Of a DNA stretch of 29,248 nt, positions 10,126 to 18,399 are shown one piece after another; within the stretch, counting starts at the first letter, position 1, and every line of letters starts with the position of its first letter. Source of the stretch: an uncultured Thermococci archaeon (GTDB lineage: Archaea; Methanobacteriota_B; Thermococci; Thermococcales; Thermococcaceae); assembly GCA_964487115.1 (NCBI GenBank), contig CAZAPD010000008.1, positions 1 to 29,248 of the forward strand. Reading direction: 5' to 3'. The notes under the pieces were generated by a model, which worked only from the letters and a program-made list of their open reading frames with translations, searched no databases and had not been told where the DNA came from. Both the position numbers and the translations under genes were made by a program.

Positions 10126-11388
10126 ATGCTTATAGATGCCGATCTCCACATTCATTCGCATTACTCAAAAGCAGTCTCAAAACTCATGAGAATCCCCGTG
10201 CTGGCAAAAAATGCTGGGTTCAAAGGACTTGGGATAGTCGGAACTGGAGATATTCTCAATCTTAACTGGGAAAAAGAACTGCTTAAATACACGGAAAAGC
10301 TTGAAGAGGGGACTTATGGGAGAGGGGGAATAGTATTTTTGCTGACTTCAGAGGTTGAAGATGATAGACGAGTTCATCATGTTTTGATTTTTCCGAATAT
10401 TGACGCTGTTCATGAAATGAGGGAAAAACTGAGACAGTATTCAAGTGACCTTGATAAAGAAGGCAGGCCTCATGTAGACCTTTCAGCTGCGGAAATAGCC
10501 GACATAGCCAATGAGCTGGATATTTTAATTGGACCTGCTCATGCGTTCACTCCTTGGACAGCACTCTACAAAGAATATAACAGCATTAAAGAAGCATATC
10601 AAAGTGTAAAAATTCATTTTCTCGAACTTGGACTTTCTGCTGATTCATATATGGCAGATAAGGTAAAAGCCCACCACAGATTAACATACCTCTCAAATTC
10701 GGATGCTCACTCGCCCCATCCTCATAGACTTGGAAGAGAATTCAATAGATTTAAAATCCAAGAAGTTACTTTTGAAGAGGTTAGAAAGGCAATTCTAAAA
10801 CGTGGTGGGCGGAGAATAGTCCTAAATGCTGGTTTAGATCCTCGGCTGGGTAAATATCATCTTACCGCATGTTCAAAATGCTACACAAAATATGCCCTTG
10901 AGGATGCCAGAGCTTTCAAATGGAAGTGCCCCAAATGCGGAGGGAGGATAAAGAAAGGGGTGTATGATAGGATTCTTGAATTAGCGGATACAGATGAGAA
11001 GCCCAAGGACAGGCCGCCCTATTTGCATCTCGCCCCATTAGCAGAGATCATTGCAATGGTAATGAAGAAAGGCGTGGAAACTAAGAGCGTTAAGAGAATC
11101 TGGGAGAGATTACTGAGGGAGTTTGGTTCTGAAATCAATGTCCTTGTGGATATCCCAATAGATGCTATCGGGGAAGTTGTTGACGAGGACATAGCCAAAG
11201 CCATTTGGGCATTTAGGAATGAGAAACTTATAATAATTCCCGGAGGTGGAGGCAAATATGGGGAGATTAAGCTGCCAGATGAAATTAGGAAGGTGCATTT
11301 ATATGAATTGAAGTCCATTAAGATTGAGATTCCAAATGAAGAGTACAAACCAAAGCAAACTTCTTTGATGAAATTTCTAAAGGTGTAG
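10126..11388 (+). CDS. endoQ: Endonuclease Q (PHP domain + Zn ribbon; damaged-base DNA endonuclease)
   Basis: DLHIHSHYS, PAHAFTPW, SNSDAHSP, CSKC...CPKCGG and PGGGGKYG motifs, with C-terminal PIP-box-like QTSLMKFL. ATG 10126 follows GGTGAT. Confidence 0.88.
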   Translation: MLIDADLHIHSHYSKAVSKLMRIPVLAKNAGFKGLGIVGTGDILNLNWEKELLKYTEKLEEGTYGRGGIVFLLTSEVEDDRRVHHVLIFPNIDAVHEMREKLRQYSSDLDKEGRPHVDLSAAEIADIANELDILIGPAHAFTPWTALYKEYNSIKEAYQSVKIHFLELGLSADSYMADKVKAHHRLTYLSNSDAHSPHPHRLGREFNRFKIQEVTFEEVRKAILKRGGRRIVLNAGLDPRLGKYHLTACSKCYTKYALEDARAFKWKCPKCGGRIKKGVYDRILELADTDEKPKDRPPYLHLAPLAEIIAMVMKKGVETKSVKRIWERLLREFGSEINVLVDIPIDAIGEVVDEDIAKAIWAFRNEKLIIIPGGGGKYGEIKLPDEIRKVHLYELKSIKIEIPNEEYKPKQTSLMKFLKV

Positions 11389-11392
11389 ATTT

Positions 11393-12340
11393 ATGGAGCG
11401 CGAGATAATTGAAATTTTCATGAAACATCTTACTCTTCAGGGTGAATTGCCTCTGGGAGATGATGCCGGGGCTTTGAGGATTGGGAAAGAGTGGCTCGTT
11501 GCAACAAATGACATGTTGGTTAGAAAAACCGATGTTCCCGAAATAATGAAACCTGAACAGGTGGGATTTAAGGCCGTTACTATGAATGTGAGCGATGTCG
11601 CTGCAATGGGAGCAAGACCAATAGCGTTTCTTTTCTCTTTAGGAATTCCAAGGGATATTGGCATGGAATACCTTGAAGGCATTGCTGTAGGAATAGAAAA
11701 AGCCTCTGAATTCTATGAAGTGCCAGTTATCAGCGCGGATACAAATGAGGCATGTGATTTGATAATAGATGGGATTGCACTTGGAGAGACAACACGTTTG
11801 CTTAGGCGGAGCGGTGCAAAACCCGGAGATTTGATATGCGTTACAGGAGATATCGGGAGGGCACTGGCAGGGTTAAAAGTCTATTTTGAAAATTTGGAAA
11901 TCAGCAAGAAAACACGCGAGATTTTATATGAAAAACTACTTGAACCAAAAGCCAGAGTTGAGGAGGGTATAATACTAAGCAAATACGCTAATTCGGCTAT
12001 AGACATCAGCGATGGCCTAAGTAGGGAAGTGCATCTCTTGGCAGAAATGAGCGGGGTTAAAATAGCCATTGATTCTGAGAAACTTCCCATAACTAAGGAA
12101 GTATTTGAAGTGGCTGAGATGCTAAAGGTAGATCCTGTGAAAATAGCCTTGGCTTCTGGGGAGGAGTTTGAGCTTCTATTCACGCTTCCAGAATCAGAAG
12201 CCGAAAAGCTTGATTTTAAATTTTCGATCATCGGTCAGGTGGAAAGGGGTGAAGGGGTGTATCTTATTAGAGATGGAAGAACAGAAAAGATGCCGCTTAT
12301 GGGGTGGGAGCATCTGTTAGATGGAGATCTACACGTTTAG
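11393..12340 (+). CDS. thiL: Thiamine-monophosphate kinase
   Basis: GDDAG, NVSDVAAMGARP, AIDISDGL, SGEEFELLFT and GWEH motifs. Confidence 0.95.
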   Translation: MEREIIEIFMKHLTLQGELPLGDDAGALRIGKEWLVATNDMLVRKTDVPEIMKPEQVGFKAVTMNVSDVAAMGARPIAFLFSLGIPRDIGMEYLEGIAVGIEKASEFYEVPVISADTNEACDLIIDGIALGETTRLLRRSGAKPGDLICVTGDIGRALAGLKVYFENLEISKKTREILYEKLLEPKARVEEGIILSKYANSAIDISDGLSREVHLLAEMSGVKIAIDSEKLPITKEVFEVAEMLKVDPVKIALASGEEFELLFTLPESEAEKLDFKFSIIGQVERGEGVYLIRDGRTEKMPLMGWEHLLDGDLHV

Positions 12341-12494
12341 CACCATTTCTGAGTTACCTTTAAAATCCTTAAATTTAATCGGGAGTTGGGGGTTAATTAT
12401 CCCCTTAGATTGTATCGAGCTAAATACTTTGAAAATGTTACCAAGAGGTTTATATTTGGGAGCTGTAATCCAATATGTCAAGCGGTGATATTTA

Positions 12495-13730
12495 ATGAGG
12501 ATAGCAATTGCCAGCGACTGGTTTTATCCCAAGATAGGTGGAATTGAAGCTCATATGGATGAGCTCGCGAGGCATCTCTTAGACGCTGGACATGAGCCCC
12601 ACATAATAACCCATGATTATAGATATCTTGCTCCTTATAATGATGGCTTCCCATATCCGGTTCATAGATTCAGCGGTTCAATTTATTTAAGAGAGTATCA
12701 TGTGAGTTTAAGCCCGGGACAATTACGGAAGATAAATAGACTTTATAGAACCATGGATTTTGATTTAACCCATGTGCACAGCATCTATTCTCCTTTTTCA
12801 ATTGCCGTAGCGAATTTATCGCGGGGGATAAGGAATGTGCCTGTGGTTGCTACAAATCATTCGTTTTTTGGTGAACCAAAGATGGGGGATATAATAAAGC
12901 CCTTGTTGCGGTATTATCTAAGGAGAATGGATGTGTTTATAGCTGTCAGTACACCAGTGGCAGAAGATACAAAGGAACTCTTAGGGCAGAGCCTCAGAGA
13001 TAGATCCGTTGAAATAATACCCAATGGTATCGACGTAGACTATTGGCGGCCTGCAGATGAGGAAGAGAGAGAGAATGCAAGAAGTAACTTGGGAATTAAG
13101 GATAATGAAATTGTTCTATTATATGTGGGAAGAATGACAGAGAGAAAACAGGCTCATAGACTACCGTTTGTAATTTCATCTGCTCTCAAAATGTCAGGCA
13201 TGGATAAGTATCATGTGAAAATCATAATGGTTGGAAACGGTTCAATGCGGGATAAATTGGAAGAGAATCTTCGCATAACTGGTATTGTTAATAGGACTAT
13301 TTTGATGGATTTCATGCCAAGAGAAAAACTCAGGGAGATTTACTGGGCAGCTGATGTTGTTTTAATGCCGGGGATTCTGGAGGCTTTCCCGATAGTTGGA
13401 CTTGAAGCTTCTGCAACTGGAAAACTTATTGTCGGAAGGAACGAGAGTGGTCTTTCTGATTTAATAATAGATGGTCAAACTGGCTTCCTCTCATACAGTG
13501 AAAAAGAACTCTCTGAGAAACTCGCGATTGTTTTATCTCATACAGAACTTATACCCAAGATGGGAAAAGAAGCCAGAAAACGGGCGGAAAAAGAGTTCGC
13601 TTGGAAAGTTACATTAAAACGGTTATTGTCTGTTTATAAGGCTGCAATTAATCGAGCTGAAGAGTTTGATAACCGGTATTTATTATACAGGGTATTCAGG
13701 AGGATTGCAGATGGTAATAATCAGCTTTGA
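12495..13730 (+). CDS. GT4-family glycosyltransferase, PIG-A (GlcNAc-phosphatidylinositol synthesis)-like
   Basis: N-terminal SDWFYPKIGGIEAH...GHEPHIITH, VVATNHS, IIPNGID, YVGRMTERK and EAFPIVGLEA (EX7E). GGTGAT RBS and upstream GGTTTATAT TATA. Confidence 0.9.
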   Translation: MRIAIASDWFYPKIGGIEAHMDELARHLLDAGHEPHIITHDYRYLAPYNDGFPYPVHRFSGSIYLREYHVSLSPGQLRKINRLYRTMDFDLTHVHSIYSPFSIAVANLSRGIRNVPVVATNHSFFGEPKMGDIIKPLLRYYLRRMDVFIAVSTPVAEDTKELLGQSLRDRSVEIIPNGIDVDYWRPADEEERENARSNLGIKDNEIVLLYVGRMTERKQAHRLPFVISSALKMSGMDKYHVKIIMVGNGSMRDKLEENLRITGIVNRTILMDFMPREKLREIYWAADVVLMPGILEAFPIVGLEASATGKLIVGRNESGLSDLIIDGQTGFLSYSEKELSEKLAIVLSHTELIPKMGKEARKRAEKEFAWKVTLKRLLSVYKAAINRAEEFDNRYLLYRVFRRIADGNNQL

Positions 13731-14427
13731 TGTTGAACAGGATTGCCCACCGTATCTCACTACAACCAGAGGAATGGAGGAAGGACTGCCTAAAATTCTA
13801 AATCTTCTTGCCGAAAAGAAGGTCAAAGCAACTTTTTTCTTCACAGCTGAAATGGCCAGACGTTTTCCATATCTTGTTAGGAGGGTTGTTGATGAGGGGC
13901 ATGAACTTGGGAGTCATAACTACAACCACGAAAGACTTGATAAGCTTTCCAGAGAGGAAGGGGAGAAGGCAATAAAAAAATCTCTGAGGATTCTGAGGCA
14001 ATACAGCGAGGTGGTGTCATTCAGGGCTCCCAATCTACAGTTCCCGGACTATTATTACAGAGTTCTTGAGGAAAACGGAGTTTTTGTGAACTCCTCAAAG
14101 GCAACATACAAAGGCTACAGAGGAGGAGTAAGGTTTTTTGGAAATGTCCTTGAGGTCCCGGCTTCCACAACCTCCTCAGTTATAAGACTTCCTTGGAGAA
14201 TTCAGAAATTCATTCATAGTAGGCTTTCTGAGCCACGTGTTTATTTTGCCCACCCATGGGAATTTGTACCCATGCAGAAGGAGAAGATAAGATGGGACTG
14301 CAAATTTAACACCGGAGATAAAGCTCTTGAACTTCTTGGAGAGCTGATAGACCACTATAAAAGACAGAAAGCGGAGTTTGTTCTAATGAGGGAGTATTAT
14401 GAGAGACAGAAACATGGGAAAGTCTAA
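13711..14427 (+). CDS. Polysaccharide deacetylase (NodB/CE4-like) family protein
   Basis: ISFDVE, KATFFFT, GHELGSHNYNH, SFRAP and FAHPWEF motifs. ATG 13711 follows AGGAGG and overlaps the GT4 3' end by 20 bp. Confidence 0.9.
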   Translation: MVIISFDVEQDCPPYLTTTRGMEEGLPKILNLLAEKKVKATFFFTAEMARRFPYLVRRVVDEGHELGSHNYNHERLDKLSREEGEKAIKKSLRILRQYSEVVSFRAPNLQFPDYYYRVLEENGVFVNSSKATYKGYRGGVRFFGNVLEVPASTTSSVIRLPWRIQKFIHSRLSEPRVYFAHPWEFVPMQKEKIRWDCKFNTGDKALELLGELIDHYKRQKAEFVLMREYYERQKHGKV

Positions 14428-14468
14428 TTAACAACCTCTTCGAGTCTTCTAATGAGAAGGTGGTTATT

Positions 14469-15515
14469 ATGAGAGAGGCCATGTACTGGGAGAGAATTAA
14501 GGATAGAACTGTTAGATGCAAACTGTGCCCTCTTAACTGTATCATCAGCGAAGGAAAGCGAGGTTCTTGCAGGATAAGGAAGAATATTGAAGGGACGCTT
14601 TATACCCTCAATTATGGGCTGGTATCATCTATAGCGTCTGATCCAGTGGAGAAAAAACCTCTTTTTCATTTCTGGCCGGGTTCATGTGCTCTCTCCATAG
14701 GAACCGTGGGGTGCAACATGCACTGTAAGCACTGTCAGAACTGGGAGATAAGTCAGGCTGATGAGAAGTTTCCATATCTGCAAAAAGCAGTGCCTGAAGC
14801 AATAGTAGCAATAGCAAAACGCTATGGCTGTGAGAGTATAGCATACACATATAATGAACCGACTATATGGTATGAATTTGTTTTTGATACCTCAAAACTG
14901 GCCAGGAAGGAGGGGTTAAATAATATACTTGTTACAAATGGTTATATAAACGAAGAACCTTTCAGAGAGCTTGCACCTTACATCGATGCTATGAATATTG
15001 ATATCAAGGCTTTCGATGATAAATTCTACATGAAAATAGCAGGCGTACCAAAGGGAGAGCCAAGCAGAAGAATTGCAGAGATTGCAAAGAATGAATTTGG
15101 AATCCATGTTGAGATAACGTATCTGATAATTCCCACACTTAATGATAAGGAGGAAGAGTTCAGAGAATTTGCAAGATGGGTGGTTGAAAAACTTGGTGAT
15201 GATACACCTGTCCACTTTTCCCGCTTTTTTCCTCATTATAAGCTTTTAAACCTTCCTCCAACTCCAGTAGAGACTATTGAAAAGGCATATAGAGTGGCTA
15301 AGGAAGAAGGTTTAAAGTTTGTCTATATTGGTAACGTACCTGGACATCACGGGGAGAATACTTACTGCCCAAGATGTGGAAAGCCTTTAATAGTAAGATG
15401 GGGCTTTGAAATTGAAGAATACCATATTGAGAAGGGGAAGTGTGAATACTGTGGGGAACCTATCCCCATAATTGGAGCATATACAAAAAAACGATATAAA
15501 GGAATATGGTGGTAA
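14469..15515 (+). CDS. amrS: AmmeMemoRadiSam-system radical SAM enzyme (PFL-activating-enzyme-like)
   Basis: N-terminal CKLCPLNC...C, DPVEKKPLFHF, GCNMHCKHCQNWEISQ (CX3CX2C), YTYNEP and C-terminal CPRCG...CEYCG. Confidence 0.88.
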   Translation: MREAMYWERIKDRTVRCKLCPLNCIISEGKRGSCRIRKNIEGTLYTLNYGLVSSIASDPVEKKPLFHFWPGSCALSIGTVGCNMHCKHCQNWEISQADEKFPYLQKAVPEAIVAIAKRYGCESIAYTYNEPTIWYEFVFDTSKLARKEGLNNILVTNGYINEEPFRELAPYIDAMNIDIKAFDDKFYMKIAGVPKGEPSRRIAEIAKNEFGIHVEITYLIIPTLNDKEEEFREFARWVVEKLGDDTPVHFSRFFPHYKLLNLPPTPVETIEKAYRVAKEEGLKFVYIGNVPGHHGENTYCPRCGKPLIVRWGFEIEEYHIEKGKCEYCGEPIPIIGAYTKKRYKGIWW

Positions 15516-16348
15516 AATTGGATGAAGTTGAGGTTATATTTTACATTGAAGCTATGGGAAATGAGAAGAAAGCCTTAGAAACAGCTGTAAGAGAGACCGT
15601 AAACTCACTTAAAAATGAGACCACTATTAAAGTGAAGCGTGTTGAAGCCGCAGATGTCATTGAAAACAAAGAGGAGGACCTTATTAAGTACTCCAGCGTG
15701 GTAGAGGCTGTTATATCAGGATCTTTCGAAAATGTAGTTAAAGCTGTTCTTAAATACGCTCCTGCTGTTGTGGAGCTGTTAAAGCCCAAGGTTCTTGAAC
15801 TCAAAGCAGATGATCTTATGAGAATTATGGGGGAGATTTCATTTTTCATGTCAAAACTAATGGACAAATATGGAGGGCTGGCAGCATATCCAAAACTTGA
15901 TGATGTTCCAATGCCAAGAATAGGGTATGAAGAGGAGGAAATAGAGTCTGCTATTATGGAAGACAGGTATATACGCTATCGCTTTGTTATAGAAGCTTTT
16001 GGTAAAGAACTCGAAGAAGTCAAAGCCAGCATGGCCAAGGCATTTTTCCTTGAAGGATGCATGATAAATACCATACTTGTTGAAGAGAGGGGAGAGGGAG
16101 AAAGCGAAGGTAGTAAATATTTCCTCGTTGCTGCTGAACTCCTTTCTGACTTTGAAACGATGTTCCAGCTGAATGCTAAATATTCTCCAGTTGCAATTTC
16201 GATAGTAGAGCCAGAACTCATTGATATCAATGCAAACGAGCTTCAGGGAGCTTTAACGGATCTGGCTGGCTTTGTTCACTCTCTCGTTCATCGGCCGCTT
16301 TTAAAGAAGCTGAGGGAAAAGGACACATTCAGATTCAAGCTGGAATAA
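15506..16348 (+). CDS. Uncharacterised acidic protein built from two tandem homologous domains
   Basis: 280-aa ORF overlapping the radical SAM stop. Internal repeat FYIEAMG...KYAPAVVELLKP versus FVIEAFG...KYSPVAISIVEP. Confidence 0.85.
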   Translation: MVVKLDEVEVIFYIEAMGNEKKALETAVRETVNSLKNETTIKVKRVEAADVIENKEEDLIKYSSVVEAVISGSFENVVKAVLKYAPAVVELLKPKVLELKADDLMRIMGEISFFMSKLMDKYGGLAAYPKLDDVPMPRIGYEEEEIESAIMEDRYIRYRFVIEAFGKELEEVKASMAKAFFLEGCMINTILVEERGEGESEGSKYFLVAAELLSDFETMFQLNAKYSPVAISIVEPELIDINANELQGALTDLAGFVHSLVHRPLLKKLREKDTFRFKLE

Positions 16349-16447
16349 TATCGTCAAATGGCGAATTTGGTGTAGGCATTTAATTAAGCTCCCTTTCATT
16401 TTTACGGCAATAATCGAGCTTTTTTAATCGTTAGAAAGGGTCTGAAA

Positions 16448-16463
16448 GCGAAAAGTATATATA
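16448..16463 (+). promoter_or_regulatory. BRE-TATA promoter of the S-layer gene
   Basis: GCGAAAAG-TATATATA, a near-consensus archaeal BRE/TATA about 80 nt upstream of ATG 16541. Confidence 0.85.
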
Positions 16464-16540
16464 CCCATACCTAATATTAAGGTATTGACAACACTGTTAG
16501 AAAGGGGTTTGACCCCAACAAATTTGGAGGTGTTGAAGAA

Positions 16541-18352
16541 ATGAAGGTGAAGAAGATCGCGGCCCTTGCAGTTGGTGCCGCAATGATAGGAGCAACTCTC
16601 GGTATGGCCAGCGCTGGTGGAACCCTTGTAAAGGATGACAGCGCTAATATTCCAAAAGACTTCTTTGTTAAAAATGGAGAGCCGAACGTTAAAATCGTGA
16701 TTGGTACTCAGGCAGCTGCTCAGGATGTCGCAGGTGCGGCTGACATAGCTGTCGCACTTGGAAGCTTACTCTACACTGAGAAAGAAGTTACAACAGCCAC
16801 ACTAAAAGACCTCTCAGTTGTTGTAAAGAAGGATGTTAGCCACATCGGTGACATTCCAGTTTACTCAAACTACTACAAATACACCAATACCACTCCAACA
16901 GCTGAAAAATGGGAGGATCTGACTGGGAACTACTGGTACAATGGCGCCGCTTACAGTACAGACTACAGCGGATGGGTGAACAACAACTTCCCATACGACC
17001 TTGCTACCCTCACAAACCAGAGTGAGATTGTTGTTGGCGGGCACTCATATGGAGTCTCATGGAACTTTGTCATTGATAAGATAAAGTTTGTTGATGAAGA
17101 AGGTAAAGAGTGGAATGAAACTCACAACTATCCACCAACTGACACCAATGTAATCATGGAGATTCCTGAGAACAGTTTCAAGATTGTAATGAATTATGAG
17201 ATCTACAAGTGGACAAAGACAGAGACAACAACTGATGAGGTTTGGGGAACAACCGAAACCACCACCGAAACAGAGATTTCTGATGCTCCAGTAGCAGGAT
17301 ACACCCAGGATGGTACAGTTGTTGATGGTGTGGGTGTTGGAGACACAATACAGGTGCTTGACAAGACCCTTAACATAATTGACGTTGGAAGTGACAGCGA
17401 TGGTGACTTCGTCAAAGCTGGTGAAACTGCTGAAGCATGGATACTTTCAAACAGCTCAAAGACTTTCGGTGACTATCAGGTTAGCGTTGTTGATATTGAC
17501 ATGATAAGCAAGGAGATACTTGTTGAGGTCAAGAACCTCAAGACCGGCGAATCAGAGCAGAACGTTCTTTCAGATACAAGTGCAAATGTCCCATTCCTCA
17601 ACGACCAAGTTGAGATAACTGTTGAAGGAGTATTCACAGGTCTCAACATCCTTAAGGCCAAACTCAAAGTGGTCTACAACATCCAGAAGATATATGATGG
17701 AGACAAGATCAGTGGATGGGTAGTCGACTGGACTGGTGTAAATGCTACTGCAAAGACCCTCAAGGGTGTTGTATTAACTTATCCAGATGCTATCAAAGGC
17801 AAAGTCCTCAACATAGACACACCAGCCGTTAAATACAAGATAAGCTACAAAGTTGACAAAGAGACTAAAGACGTCGACGACGATGATGTAAACGAACTCG
17901 CGGTTGATATATACCTATCAGTCGACTACGCTGAGCCAAAGTACGAGTATTATAATCTCGGCGATGTTCTTGAAGGTTACACTGTGGACCTCGGAAAGAC
18001 CAAGGCTACCATTGAAGGCATCAAGACCGTCGAGATTGTGCCACCAGCCAAGCCAATAACAGAACTTGACGTCAATGTCAAACTTAGTGATGTTGATAGC
18101 AACTTAATCCTCGTTGGAGGTCCAGTTGTCAACAAAGTCACAGCAGCCCTTGCAGATGCTCTTGGCGTTCCAAAGGACTACAACGGATGGAAGAGCGAGA
18201 TCGGAGAAGGCAATGGCGTTATAGTCTACAAAGCTGAGTGCGGAGCCATTAACGGCCACGGCGTTGTCCTCGTTGCAGGCACAGACAGAGACGGAACGCA
18301 GGTTGCAGCTGAAGCCCTCATGGCAAGAATTGCTGAACTTGCCAAAGAGTGA
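16541..18352 (+). CDS. S-layer (cell surface glyco)protein, Thermococcales/Methanococcales type
   Basis: Signal peptide MKVKKIAALAVGAAMIGATLGMASA, N-domain PNVKIVIG...AADIAVALGSLLY, C-domain NLILVGGPVVN...LVAGTDRDGT. Several N-x-S/T sequons and a strong C-ending codon bias typical of high expression. Confidence 0.95.
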   Translation: MKVKKIAALAVGAAMIGATLGMASAGGTLVKDDSANIPKDFFVKNGEPNVKIVIGTQAAAQDVAGAADIAVALGSLLYTEKEVTTATLKDLSVVVKKDVSHIGDIPVYSNYYKYTNTTPTAEKWEDLTGNYWYNGAAYSTDYSGWVNNNFPYDLATLTNQSEIVVGGHSYGVSWNFVIDKIKFVDEEGKEWNETHNYPPTDTNVIMEIPENSFKIVMNYEIYKWTKTETTTDEVWGTTETTTETEISDAPVAGYTQDGTVVDGVGVGDTIQVLDKTLNIIDVGSDSDGDFVKAGETAEAWILSNSSKTFGDYQVSVVDIDMISKEILVEVKNLKTGESEQNVLSDTSANVPFLNDQVEITVEGVFTGLNILKAKLKVVYNIQKIYDGDKISGWVVDWTGVNATAKTLKGVVLTYPDAIKGKVLNIDTPAVKYKISYKVDKETKDVDDDDVNELAVDIYLSVDYAEPKYEYYNLGDVLEGYTVDLGKTKATIEGIKTVEIVPPAKPITELDVNVKLSDVDSNLILVGGPVVNKVTAALADALGVPKDYNGWKSEIGEGNGVIVYKAECGAINGHGVVLVAGTDRDGTQVAAEALMARIAELAKE

Positions 18353-18380
18353 TTTCTCTTTTCTTTCTCTATTACTCTTA
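18353..18380 (+). terminator. Oligo-pyrimidine (U-rich) terminator after the S-layer gene
   Basis: TTTCTCTTTTCTTTCTCT immediately after the TGA. Confidence 0.65.
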
Positions 18381-18399
18381 GCTTCTTGGAGGGATTCCA

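Noticed and set aside
17215..17275. Short ACC/GAAAC repeats that might be a tandem repeat or CRISPR remnant
   Set aside because: They encode the Thr/Glu-rich S-layer segment and show no constant repeat-spacer period.
16541..18352. Compositional shift (C-rich third positions) suggesting horizontal transfer of the S-layer gene
   Set aside because: Better explained by codon bias of a very highly expressed gene. The termini are typical Thermococcales S-layer sequence and no mobility genes flank it.
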